Below, one piece after another: positions 51,880 to 64,000 of a DNA stretch of 64,000 nucleotides. The first letter of the stretch is position 1; the number at the start of each line of letters is the position of its first letter. The position numbers were made by a program, and so were the translations under genes. Source of the DNA: Haliotis rufescens (lineage: Eukaryota); assembly GCF_023055435.1 (NCBI RefSeq), contig NW_025963779.1, forward strand, positions 36,270,001 through 36,334,000, in the 5' to 3' direction. The notes beneath the pieces are model-generated. The model saw nothing but the letters and a program-made list of their open reading frames with translations. It did not search any database and was not told the origin of the DNA.

Positions 51880-52879
51880 ATGACCAGTACGTAAGTGAGG
51901 TGAGATGAAATGGATGTCATTTTTGCACTTATATAGCGACTGAATGTATTTCCTGACGTTTGGAATAGTGTTGATATTAATTATATATATGCACACATTT
52001 CCAGACATTCCGAATCATTGGGTTATATTTACATGTATGCCAAGTTTGGGAATGTATGGGAATGTTGGAGGAACGCACACACTAACATCAGTGTTCATAC
52101 CTGTCCATTATCCTGACATGCGTGTTATGTTAGCGACACAAAACCAAATGACATTTACATGTGTGTGCACACCATTTGGAATACTTTGGACAGTTTGCAA
52201 TTTCAAACGTTAGAACTGAATCACTTCCCTAAAGTTTCCAGGTACAGAAATTAATAGGAAATTGTACCCATTATAACCATCCGACCATTAATCGGCCCAT
52301 ACGAAAAGGATGGGATACAAGTACCGATTGCAGTTCCTTTCCACTTCTCAGAAAAATAACGTGGTTGTGTGGTCGTAAACGCAAACACGGCAAAAACCCA
52401 TGCCACAAAAACCCAAAGAGAACTGTCAAATGACCGCGACAGACTGACTGAGGTTGGGGATTTAACGTGCGCTTTCCGACTAACAGCGTATGTCGCACAC
52501 GGGACCGCGAGTAATTACATAGCGAATACGCAGCTTCGAAAAATCGGTAAGTGCGAAGTTTCGAATGATTGTCCGAATGTAAGGGATACAATATTTATCG
52601 CCCATCCCTTCCTTCGTACTCCATTAATCTTCTATTCATCGTGAGTGCCATTAAACCATAGCCCTATCATATTGCTTGATTGTTAGTCTGTGGAGGCGAT
52701 CAGATTCAGGTGGAATGAGAATATTGGAGCAGATCCCCTATCAGGGGATAGTTCTTCTCCATGAACTGTTGTTTTCCTTCAGTAAACTGATACGGTAAAG
52801 AGTGTCAAGTGGATACTTTGTAGAGTGACATGTGTATGACTACTGTTGGTGCACACCTCCGAAGATGTGAAGATCATTT

Positions 52880-54016
52880 GTTACGTCAGTCATTCTTACG
52901 TCAATCATTCTTATCTTCCAGAGGTCGCACATGTGTAATAGCAATCATTCTTTGAATTCACAGGAACATGTTATAAAACGTCAATCATCCTTTACATTCG
53001 GTACACGCAAGAGTCACGACAATCATGCTTTACATTAACTGGACGCGCCAGAGTAATGTCAGTCATTCTTTACATTTACTGAACGTGCCAGAGTAATGTC
53101 AGTCATTCTTTACATTCACTGAACGCGCCAGAGTAATATCAGTCATTCTTTACATTCACTGAACGCGCCAGAGTAATGTCAGTCATTCTTTACATTCACT
53201 GAACGCGCCAGAGTAATGTCAGTCATTCTTTACATTCACTGAACGCGCCAGAGTAATGTCAGTCATTCTTTACATTCACTGAACGCGCCAGAGTAATGTC
53301 AGTCATTCTTTACATTCACTGAACGCGCCAGAGTAATGTCAGTCATTCTTTACATTCACTGAACGCGCCAGAGTAATGTCAGTCATTCTTTACATTCACT
53401 GAACGCGCCAGTGTAATGTCAGTCATTCTTTACATTCACTGAACGCGCCAGAGTAATGTCAGTCATTCTTTACATTCACTGAACGCGCCAGAGTAATGTC
53501 AGTCATTCTTTACATTCACTGAACGCGCCAGAGTAATGTCAGTCATTCTTTACATTCACTGAACGCGCCAGAGTAATGTCAGTCATTCTTTACATTCACT
53601 GAACGCGCCAGAGTAATGTCAGTCATTCTTTACATTCACTGAACGCGCCAGAGTAATGTCAGTCATTCTTTTCATTCACTGAACGCGCCAGAGTAATGTC
53701 AGTCATTCTTTACATTCACTGAACGCGCCAGAGTAATGTCAGTCATTCTTTACATTCACTGAACGCGCCAGAGTAATGTCAGTCATTCTTTTCATTCACT
53801 GAACGCGCCAGAGTAATGTCAGTCATTCTTTACATTCACTGAACGCGCCAGAGTAATGTCAGTCATTCTTTAAATTCACTGAACGCGCCAGAGTAATGTC
53901 AATCATTCTTTACATTCACTGAACGCGCCAGAGTTATGTCAGTCATTCTTTACATTCACTGAACGCGACATAGTAATATCAGTAATGCTTTACATTCACT
54001 GAACGTGCCAGAGCAA
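52880..54016. repeat. 40-bp minisatellite, ~24 near-perfect copies plus degenerate left copies
   Basis: Unit gagtaatgtcagtcattctttacattcactgaacgcgcca from 53051; no spacers between units. Confidence 0.97.
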
Positions 54017-54693
54017 TTTTACTATTGGACACGAGTTTATCTTGATGCCTATCCGTCTTATCTTCCCTCACTCGTGGTGGAAACGTGCTCCAACCATGTG
54101 AAGCATTCGCCCGCATTTACAGGATTATGTCCAGGTCCTGACCCGGTCAAGCCACACCCTGACAGCAACCCGTTCATGTGTACCAATTTAACTGTAAAGG
54201 GATATCTTGACCCATGAACGGGTTCAAATACAGGGTAGCACATACTGCGCCCATGTGATCGAGTGAATGATATTTTAGGGCGCAGTCAGTAAGATTCTAG
54301 TTGTATTGCATCAAGGACGCAAGTAATCGAGCCTTGGCCAGACAAACCAGTGATTGATATTATGAGCAACGGTCCACGTCGTCTGGGTAGGATGGCACGT
54401 AATCAACCAAGTCAACGAGCATGACCACCCGCACCATTTTACAACAAGCATAAGTTAATTGGGTCCCCTTTTCTAACGCGGTATCCCGGGTTTAACGTCA
54501 CGGTGGAAATAGGCTTCACGCATTGTACACATGTGAGATTCAAACCCGGGCTGGCGTAAATAGCAAACGCTTTCACCACTAGGCTACCCTGGCGCCTTAT
54601 ACCCATATGGGTAATGGAACCAGTCGGGCAAAAGTACCTCCCCCACCCTACACTCCGAGAGAAAATAAAAGAAGAATATCGGACGGTACTTAC

Positions 54694-54883
54694 CAATAAG
54701 GATGGCGCCTGCAACTTCAAATATGGTGGCCAAGATGCATGCTTGTCGGAGGCTGAGTACCTTGGCACCCACAGATGTACCAAAGGAGTTGGCGACGTCA
54801 TTGGCGCCGATGCCAAACGCCAGTACAAAGGCGATGATGAAACCAACTATCACCATCCATAGCCATTCTTCCGGTACAAGCAT
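54694..54883 (-). CDS. slc20a: SLC20/PiT coding exon 1
   Basis: [39 protein letters not shown] (GANDVAN signature). The exon starts at an acceptor at 54919-54920, so a non-coding exon lies further upstream. Confidence 0.97.
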
Positions 54884-55070
54884 TTTGGGGGACAATGCAG
54901 GGAACTATGGCAAAACGTCTGGAACAGACAAAAATATGGCAAAGTAAGGAACGTGCTTTCTGAAAACAGTAAACCACATTTGCTATCCTATAACAGCAAC
55001 ATAATTTGAAAACGGGTGAATATGGACATGTTTAATTTATCTAACCCTCCAATCACCTGAGCCTTGGGGC

Positions 55071-55242
55071 AGTGAGTGAGTGAGTGAGAGAGTGAGTATG
55101 GTTTTGCACCGCTTTTAGCACTATTCCAGCAATATCACGGCGGGGGACACATGGGCTTCACACATTGTACCCATGTCGGGAATCGAACCCGGGTCTTCGG
55201 CGTGACGAGCGAACGCTTTAACCACTAAGCTACCGACCGCCC
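55071..55242 (-). mobile_element. SINE S3
   Basis: tRNA-like head; (CACT)n tail. Confidence 0.88.
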
Positions 55243-55543
55243 CTTGGGGCAATGATGTCCCAGGGGGATTCCACGCGCAATATGTTTTGAAGCCTTGCGC
55301 CCCTTTGCCGTACCAGGATCCGATGATCGTGGGTACTGAGTGAGATCCTAAGTTTGACAGCACCATGCCCATGTTTGTGTCTTTCCTTAAAGTTGTAAAC
55401 ATTTGAGACTTAAGTCGCCTCGGGCTCCATCCAACATTGTGCCGACACGCCATTAAACTAGTTGTGAAGATCCCTTGCATTACTTCCACAAATACGATGT
55501 TACCTCGAAAAAATGGGTTCTGCAATAGTGTACAGCGAGACCA

Positions 55544-56172
55544 AACAAGAAAACAGCTTTGTCACTGTACCCCGCCATGGCGCCCATTAGAATTGTGTTT
55601 GTTCATGTCGTAATGAATATAAGCTATAAAAAGCTATAAAAAGAATCTTATAAGGCCTGTAGAAGAGATTGGCACTTGGGCTTTATGTCATCAGAAAAAA
55701 TGATTAAATGTGAAATTAATACACACAAAAGGCCATATTTCTCTGGAAAAAACCCAACTCAGTCTTGATAAGTATCTCTTTGACAAGTATCTCATAGATA
55801 AGCATGGAAACTTTCATTCACGCAACTTCAGTAGTTTCTGAGAAAACTTGTCCCCATTGCACACATTATGCACAAAGTAAAGTAACATGGATTAAGGGCT
55901 CTAATTATGTAATAAAATAATTTACGGGGCCAATTTTCGAACTCAGTCTTCAACTCATATATAAGCATGTTAACTGTCATTCATGCAACTTCAGTAGTTT
56001 CTGAGTAAACATGTCCCCATTTCAGTAAGGGCCATAACTATGTACAAAATGAATTTACACACGACACCAATTTGAGACTTTAATAGTTTTTGCGAAACTT
56101 TGTCCCCTTTGAGAAGCGGGCGGACGGACGAACACCGTTCCTATATCCTCCGGCCCACTTTGTGGTGGCCGT
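55544..56172 (+). mobile_element. Probable non-autonomous Helentron/HINE-like repeat
   Basis: aacaag start, internal ~150-170-bp repeats with aagggccataact-like motifs, (GGAC)n microsatellite and a terminal hairpin. Family assignment is from memory. Confidence 0.45.
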
Positions 56173-56450
56173 TGTTTCAATTCCAACATAAACAAAATAC
56201 GGCATGTTATTTTAATGTTACAAATACAGACCGACCCTGTCTGTAGGAAAGCCCAACCGCTTTAGTTCGGTCTTACTAAATACTTTTCAACTTATTAACT
56301 CATGGTGATTGAGTTTTGTGGAGACAAAACCTGTCGCTGACGCAAGAAGCGATCTCTGTGGGAATCGACAAATGGAACCCTATCATAGGATTCGAAACAA
56401 TAAATATAATTCGAAAGATAAGATATGTTAGGTATATAAGCGACGCGTGA

Positions 56451-56581
56451 AAACTACCAGCAGCAGACAGAAGGACACTGTACATTATGCAAACTACCAG
56501 CAGCAGACAGAAGGACACTGTACATTATGCAAACTACCAGCAGCAGACAGAAGGACACTGCACATTATGCAAACTAACAGC
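56451..56581. repeat. 40-bp tandem repeat, 3 copies
   Basis: aaactaccagcagcagacagaaggacactgtacattatgc. Confidence 0.95.
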
Positions 56582-57364
56582 GGAAACATTTCGCGAAGCA
56601 CACGTAGAACGTGCTGCAGGCGAATAACGGAGTCCTATTGACAAAGGTACAAGCATCAGTTCTGAAAAGTCGCATTAAAATAATAAAATCCTTCTTCTTT
56701 GATACTACAGAGTGTGTGAGAGTGAAAATCTTACGAAACAATGAAAACCTTGTATCCTACTTCTACGTTCCTGTCTTCGGTCGGTGGCGTCCGAAAGTTG
56801 GTGCAGTTCTTGTACACGTCTTCGCGCGTTGAACCAAAAGCGGCTTACTTCAGACAAAGCTTGTCTATGAATAAATTATGTGGACTCAAAAACATAGATA
56901 ACACTGGCTGGATGTCTCTGTTGACAAAAAGTGTTGAATGAATTTGACGCGTGTTGATAACGGCCTAATCAGAGGTCAACCGCATGCCAACGCCAAGGTC
57001 CACCGAAATCACTGAATAAACATGACTGTCAAATGACGGTCAAATCTAGCTAATCCATGTTTTGTTTCCTGTAAATCGGGTAGATATACTAGAAATTCTT
57101 GCTTTCTTGAAAGGCATCTTTGAAAACATCTCAAATCGCATGATATTGATACTTTTACGGTTGGCGTACAAGGTGCTTTGAACACCATCTCTGTTATACA
57201 ACAACTTAATGCTACATCTTGTGAAACCCACGGGCATGACAGACCAAGTTTCATACTCAGAGCGAATTTTGGTTTCCAGTTCACGACCCGCGGATCCTGT
57301 CACGGATAAGGGGCGCAACTCTGAAAAGGAAATCAGACCACTGGCCCACCGGTTCCACCCCCCC

Positions 57365-57395
<31 letters not shown>

Positions 57396-57822
57396 ACTTT
57401 ACAATATAATTAACAATAATAAAATCAATACATATTACACCAAATAGATAGATAAATGAGATATATTACAATAGAAACAAACGGGCAAATATAAAAAATA
57501 ACCCCAAACAAACAAAACGACATTCCACAGTCCCCAGGGGATAAAAAGCCTTTCCAGCCTCACCTTCATCGGATTCACACGAATCAGAATCATACTTAAC
57601 CTACAAGTATAACATCGTTTCTTGGTACGACACAAGTGTTATTATCAACTACAAAATTATTATCTATGTCCGGCGTAAATGTTAATGCGCGAGACGCTGG
57701 CATCGTCCTTCACCAACCTGTGCATGTAATACTGCATGCGTGAAACACACGGCAAACATCAGTGAATTCACCTACCAATAGCGCCTCTCTTCGCCAGGTC
57801 TGCGTTAACACGAGTGAATGCA

Positions 57823-57985
57823 CACTTACCCTGGGGAAACACTTGTTTACAAAGCCGGAGTCACGAGTGAAGATTACTGCTTATCTTTTGTATTAACAAG
57901 TTACTTTTATGTCATCTCAACGAATTATCTGGGCTTCAGGGAGTCCGTTTCATTGGCTGCATCGAAGAACAAAGGGCGGAGTTTA
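57823..57985 (-). promoter_or_regulatory. Candidate SLC20 non-coding first exon and promoter
   Basis: Strong donor AGG|GTAAGT at 57830/57829, with CCAAT (57952-57956) and a GC box (~57974) upstream. Confidence 0.3.
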
Positions 57986-58245
57986 ATCTTTGATGATACT
58001 TGCAAGCTCTTGCTATATTGGTCAGATAAAAGCAGCTTTTATAACACGTTACCTAATTATTTTAGTGAGTGTTTTTGGTTTGTTGTTAAACGTCGTGGTC
58101 GGCAATAGTTCAGCAATAGTTCAGCAATATCACAGCGGCCTGTAAATAGTCAAGTCTGGACCAGACAAACCAGTGACTTATTGAACAACACCCCACGCCA
58201 TCGGGTTCAACATCAGACAAGTCACCGAACCAGTAAGTCTCACTA

Positions 58246-58795
58246 ACCCGTGTAGATCCCGGTAAGTGAGTGAGTGAGTGAGTGAGCTGGGTTTAACGCC
58301 GTTTTTAATATTATTCCAGTTATATCACGGCGTGTCAGCTAAATGTGGGAGGAAAGCCCAAAGTGATGCAGGTCTCAGACGTTTACCACTTCGGTGAAAC
58401 CCACGAGCACGGATATGGTGCTGACAAACCTAGAAACATAATCGGGGCGAACCGGGATTCGAACCCACAATCCTAGGTTTCTGGCGTGCCCAAGGGACGC
58501 AACTCTGCACAGCGAATCGCGGCGCCTTAGACGACTGGGCCACCCTTGCCCCCTCCCTGTGAGAATAGGTCTTCAGCAACCCATGCTTGCTGTGAAAGGC
58601 GACTTTGCTTGTCGATGGAGGCGACTAACGGGATCGGAAGGTCAGGTTCGCTGACTTGGTTGATGCATGTCATCGATCCCAATTGCGTTCATCAATGCTC
58701 ATGATGTCAACTATTCAGCTGCCAGGTCCAGACTCGATTATTTACAGACCGCCGTCATATAGCGACGTTAAACAACAAACAAACAAACAAACAAA
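58246..58795. mobile_element. S2 (+) interrupted by a full-length S1 (-, ~58265-58552)
   Basis: S2 5' end acccgtgtagatcccggt resumes after S1 as agaataggtcttcagc; imperfect TSD. Confidence 0.85.
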
Positions 58796-59071
58796 CTTAG
58801 TCTATTACAAACATATAGGTTGCTGGGGACCTAATGGCATCCGGAAGCCTCACGGTATTGATCTGGAGGCAGATCTGATGTGTCATAAGAGAGGATACTG
58901 TGAACTGCAGTTTTTCTGCAATATGTTCCGTTTATTGGTACTTAAAAATTTCATATACAACGTACCAACATTTGCATAAACAGTCCGATCGTTCTGTTAA
59001 ACAAATTCTATTGCTGCAAATAAATGAATTGGGCCAGGTGGAAGTGACATTATCGCTGCGGCATGAGTAAA

Positions 59072-59333
59072 TAAGTGAGTCGGGTTTAACCAGTTTCAAC
59101 AATATTTCTGTTATATCACGGCGTGTCAGCTCCTGCTGAAGCAAAAGCCGAATGTGATGCAGGTCTTGGAGGTTTACCTCGTCAAGCCCACAAGCACGGG
59201 TACGGTGCTGACAAGTTTTTCAATCAGCGTGAATATGCGACTCAAACCCCAAATCATCAGATCCTGGAACAGATAATGGCGCAAATCTGCACAGCGAAAT
59301 GTGGGCCTTCGCCGACTGGTTCGCCGTGCCCTT
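59072..59333 (-). mobile_element. Degenerate SINE S1
   Basis: Diverged homology to S1. Confidence 0.65.
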
Positions 59334-60046
59334 GAATCCAAAGACTACTTAAACTAATGAGAAGGTATACATGCGTTTACATTTATTAAGAATTGACTTC
59401 CATATCTTTTGGCGTTTATGGAGGTATACACGTAAAATATAACGAAGTTAATGCTTATTAATAAATATAGTCAGCAGTGATTATTTAATGATCAACACAC
59501 TAAAAACTACTAACAACAGTACGTAATCAGTGACATCGTTCAGGGCAATAAATCAGCCAATTAGGAAACAGTAGCTTCTAAGTGGGCGTGGCCTAATTTG
59601 TTTTCGTTTTATGGAAACAAACGCAGAAAAATATTGCTAGACGCCACGGAGGGGCTGCAATTTATTTATTACTAAATGAACACAACAGTCAAACACTCTG
59701 ATTACGCGGATTTTTTTTGTTCCTACAAAGAAGACAAGTGTGGAATTCTCACGCGTGACTCAGAACACATGTTTACAACCTATTTTGTTACATCATTAAA
59801 GTTGTTAAAGGACTATCATCTCGTGTTTCTTGTAATGGGGTAGACTGACACTTAGTCCCAGAGATTCTTTGGTATCAGTCAAGTTTTGACAGAATAAATA
59901 GCAAAAGTAAGTTTAAAATTAATGTTAATACAAGTATTGAAGCGGAGTAAACCCCTGTACAATCACTCACACAATTGAATCAATAGTGTGGCACACTCAT
60001 TTTATTCCAAATTGTCAAGCAATTGGGTTGTGAGGTTATATTGTGG

Positions 60047-60190
60047 AGTGAGTGAGTGGGTATGGTTTTACACCGCTTCTAGCAATATTCCAGCAATATC
60101 ACGGCAGGGGACACCAGAAATGGGCTTCACACATTGTACCCGGGTCTTCGGCGTGACGAGCGAAAGCTTTAACCACTACCCGACCGCCCT
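60047..60190 (-). mobile_element. SINE S3
   Basis: Homology to S3, with a small deletion. Confidence 0.82.
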
Positions 60191-60488
60191 TATATTGTGG
60201 AATTCTCTGGAAATAGATCGGGTACAGTAGCTGCAAGGAAGCAGTATCTGTTTCCATGGACAATACCCGTGTGTGATGATTAACACGTAAACTAACACTG
60301 CCGCTGTGTAAGGGTAGTGTGCAGGTAAGACGACCAGCAATGTCGCCATGGACTGCCTGACTTACACAAGAGAATCGCACCTGTTGGATGCCCTAGGTCC
60401 AATTTTACTTCTTGTTAAAATACAGGTAAAAGTGACCTTGACATGGTTGCAAATGTACTTTTCAATGGCCTTGAAACTCAGTTGATAA

Positions 60489-60650
60489 CACGACTTGTTT
60501 AAGTGTCCTTCATTTAAAGAAGAGAGGAAACAACACATCCTTAAATATTATTAGATTAAACCTAACATGTATAAAATGTATTTTCTCTTTAGCAGACAGA
60601 TTGGGAACATTGAGAAAACTATCCAAGTTGTGTAAAATAATCATGATATA
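60489..60650 (+). mobile_element. Short LINE 3' remnant (RTE-X-like)
   Basis: HDLFKCPSFKEERKQHILKYY*IKPNMYKM, similar to the C-terminus of the fragment at 61.7 kb. Confidence 0.5.
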
Positions 60651-60711
60651 AAGTTCAAAGTGGAAAGAATATTACATAAATGTTTGTACAAATTCTCAGC
60701 TGTGTTCTGTT

Positions 60712-60990
60712 TTTGTTTGTTTGTTTGTTTGTTTGTTGTTTAATGCCACTCTCAGCATTATTCCAGCTATATGACGGCGGTCTGTAAAATAAAATCAAGT
60801 CTGGACCAGACAATCCAGTGATTGACATCATAAGCATCCATCCACACAATTGGGATACGATGACATGCATCAACCAAGTCAGCAAGCTTGACCATCCGAT
60901 CCCGTTAGTCGCCTCTTACAACAAGCAAATTGGCCTTTTACGGCAAGCATGGGTTGCTGAAGACCTACTTAAACCCCTGTCTTTACGGGT
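60712..60990 (-). mobile_element. S2 element
   Basis: Homology to S2; (CAAA)n tail. Confidence 0.88.
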
Positions 60991-61115
60991 CGATTAAGTG
61001 AAAGTGTGTAGGGATGGTGTATCAGTTTCTATATTACAAAATCTGTATATCTTTCATCTAATATCCAGCTATTTGTTCTTAAAAACACAATTTACTGGTT
61101 GAATATTGATATATT

Positions 61116-61340
61116 CGTGTGTGTGAGTGACTGCTTGTACTAGTAGGATTCATGCCAATTTTATAGTGCTAGCATACTGAGATACCATGCCGCAATTTAA
61201 CACGAATACACCATTCAGACACAGTATACTGACTCCGAGCCGACCAGTCCTTGTTTTAGTCCCTTAATGCCGAGCGCCAGGTAGGGTAACAACAAGTACC
61301 ATCTTCTAACGTTTTTTGGTATGACACGTCGGGGATCGGA
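61116..61340 (-). mobile_element. 5'-truncated SINE S4
   Basis: Homology to 47652-48009. Confidence 0.8.
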
Positions 61341-61529
61341 TGTCAGAATGATGAGATCTGATTGGTCCACGTGATCTTGATAAAATACTATGTCAGCTAT
61401 TGAGGGTGGAGTACACGTCGGGGAGTTTGACGCAGCTTCCAACAGCATGTCAGTTATAAATGTTTGAGCTATTGAAAAATCCTCACAGGGTATTTATAGA
61501 TGTCTTTTTTTTCAATCTTTTATTTTGTA

Positions 61530-62430
61530 CTTGAGGCCTTAGACCCATATACAAAGTATACAAAGTATACGAAAATACAAATTATACATCAAGGTGATGG
61601 CGGTTTATCATACTTATATATTCAATGATAACAGAGTGTAAAGTAATTAATGATAACATGCTCTCCTCACAAGTGAAGCTTTACAGAATTTTAGCAAGTT
61701 TTCTACTATAGCTGGATCATAATCATTCATTAAATTAACAAAACATTAAATATTTCTTTGGTACAAAAAGATTTCTAAAATCATTAAAACATGGGTATTT
61801 CATTATTATGTGGAATTCATCCTCTAACTCATTTAAATTATAATTCTGACAGATTCTTTTACTTTTTTCAACATTTTTCCATCTTCCAACATTTATGTAA
61901 ATTTTTGCACCTCCAGTTCTTAAAAGAGCTAAGTATCTTCTATGCATTTAATATTTATTGCAATACACATATGGTTCGGTATTTAATGAAAATTTGTATT
62001 TGCTGTTACAATCGAATCGTGTACTTTCTTTTAATTTTGCTTGCCACTCTTGAAAAGAAATATCTCTTAATCTAAGTTTAATCATACTTATTAAATAATC
62101 AATATTACCAACACCTTGAGAGAACCAGACTTCCCCAAGACCTATCAAACATAAAGATTCTCTAACATTTGTTACCCAATTTCTCCTATCACATTCATCT
62201 AAGTGTTTTAACATATCATACGACTTTTTTGTATTCTATCATCTGACATGTGTATTAATCTAGGCCAATATTTTTATACATTGCACAAATGAATGAACAT
62301 ATAACGGATATCTACCACATTCTCCCACAGCCATAGCATTTGGAGTTTGTGACGGTAAACCAAGAAATCTTTTACATGCATAATTCTGAATTTTCTGAAG
62401 TGGATCAAATATATTGGTGCCCCAAATATG
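61530..62430 (-). mobile_element. 5'-truncated, frameshifted LINE ORF2 C-terminus (RTE-X-like)
   Basis: ...TPNAMAVGECGRYPL...IKYW...GLGEVWFSQ...KLRLRD..FQEW...GRW...RIC...EDEFH, a decayed C-terminal CCHC region. Confidence 0.8.
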
Positions 62431-64000
62431 TCTTTGACATCTTATATATAGATGTCATTGGGTATTCAATATATTTTACTCCATTAGGTCGAGTCTATTG
62501 TGTTCATATATACTAATAATAACCAATTATAATTATTTTGCTTTAAATGATGTTTCATGCAACAATTTGTGCAAGATTCGACGCTGTAGAGTTCATGTAT
62601 ATATTAAGTGATGTCTGCATTTGATCGGTAAATAAAGACGTGTAACGTATTACTGGCACGCAGTTAAGTCTACATTGGGTAATGACGTATAGTGTTAAAT
62701 TATTGGTGTTTTGAAAGTGTTCGTGCGTATTTGTACGCAAGAACTCGAAATTTAGTGGGTTATGTTGATATATTCTGCGCATTTTACTCAAATACGTAGT
62801 TATCTAAAACTATGTTAATATGTACACGTAGTGTATTTAAAAGCATTCATTCAAATCCCTGTTCTCCTTGCTCCTGGGTTTAATCAGGGTCACTGTTATG
62901 CGATTTTCTTTATAGTCTGAAGAGAAACGGGAGACACGATGGTAAATGACCAAATTCAATCTTTAGCTATGACTGTCAACGTCAACTACTAAGCAGATGT
63001 TGAACAACGACGTGCACGACGATCTATCAGCTGCGGCCAATTCCTCGGGTACTTACAGAAGCAATAGTGTTACGCCATACGGAGTAACTGTACCAGCCCT
63101 ACGTCTATAGACGAATGCATGGTTAGCATTTACCTCAAGCTTGGTAAGCATTCCCCAGAAGAGTAAAAAATGCCATGTTCCTTTTTCTCTTTGAGAAGAG
63201 GGACTAGATACGCTGTCGCGGACGGTGCTGCAGTCGGCAGGAATACATCCACATCTACACCATTGTAATACTGGCCACAAACATGTGACAATGGCATCCC
63301 ACAATGAAAGTGTATAGAAAGGTTCATTAAAGCTGTTCTGGCCAAGCTTAGAGATGCATTCATCTAACTGTAATTTGTACAAATAGTGTGTGACATGTTC
63401 AGAGAAAAGAGGCATTTCGTACACCACACGTAATTGATTACATTGTGTGCACATGTTGTTTTATTCACTGATACCTTAACTTTAACTTTTTGAATTTAGA
63501 GACAATCTTATCATTTTAATTTACATGTAAAGACACTTGTGAACATTCAAAAGTAGAAGAGAAGGGTTGACATGTTTCGTGGACACCCCAACATGCGCAA
63601 TTCTACAATATATCAATTTGTGCAGCTGAAAAACCAAACGGGAAAGAAATGTTCCTCCTTTCTGTTCAAAGTTATTTTGTGGAGAAGTTTTAAAGTAAAA
63701 ATAAATACATGGCAAGAGCAAAAAGGTGCATATATTGTTTTGGTGTAATTGTGTTAGTTACATGAAGACTATGGCCCAGTATCATATATCTCATTACATA
63801 CCTTGCGGAATAACACGTATAAGTTACGGAGGGCAGTGAGAAACACGGGAACTTGACGTTGGTGGTTATTTCAGTATTGGTCGACTTTAAAACTATAATT
63901 TCCTTTACAATAACACAGACAATTCTGGGAATACCCCGCGCGAATGTTTATGACAATCCCATAAGTCCACCATCACCGTCGTCAGTGAATTTAATGAACT

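Noticed and set aside
52286-52628. Possible MITE bounded by imperfect inverted repeats (attaat...ggatggg / cccatcc...attaat)
   Set aside because: The inverted repeats are too degenerate, there is one copy and no TSD.
53051-54016. CRISPR-like array
   Set aside because: Units are contiguous with no unique spacers, and the context is a eukaryotic intron.
63053-63454. Minus-strand ORFs with a possible donor near 63133 as an exon of a neighbouring gene
   Set aside because: No recognisable homology and no partner exons; needs BLASTX or RNA-seq.

Overview
Animal genomic DNA, apparently molluscan; the SINE repertoire resembles abalone-type gastropods, which is inference from memory and not a database result. 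The window has two parts. (1) 1-35.3 kb is a tandem array, open at the left edge, of ~15 dimeric ~2.33-kb units. Each unit has two diverged sub-units (A and B) that share a near-identical ~230-bp core. On the minus strand this core reads like a small Pol III gene: an invariant upstream block to about -75, TATA at -31, a G start, internal A-box and degenerate B-box, a 131/133-nt highly base-paired RNA and a TTTTT terminator. There are 29 intact copies (14 A and 15 B, strictly alternating), one edge-truncated copy and one internally deleted terminal copy. I cannot assign this RNA to any family I know, and it is the main candidate for an undescribed system. (2) 35.3-64 kb is SINE-rich sequence containing a complete minus-strand SLC20/PiT Na+-phosphate transporter gene (13 coding exons, 1539 nt, 512 aa, all intron phases consistent), four short retroposon families with TSDs and reciprocal nesting, minisatellites and decayed LINE fragments. 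None of the short ORFs in the array look like real proteins.
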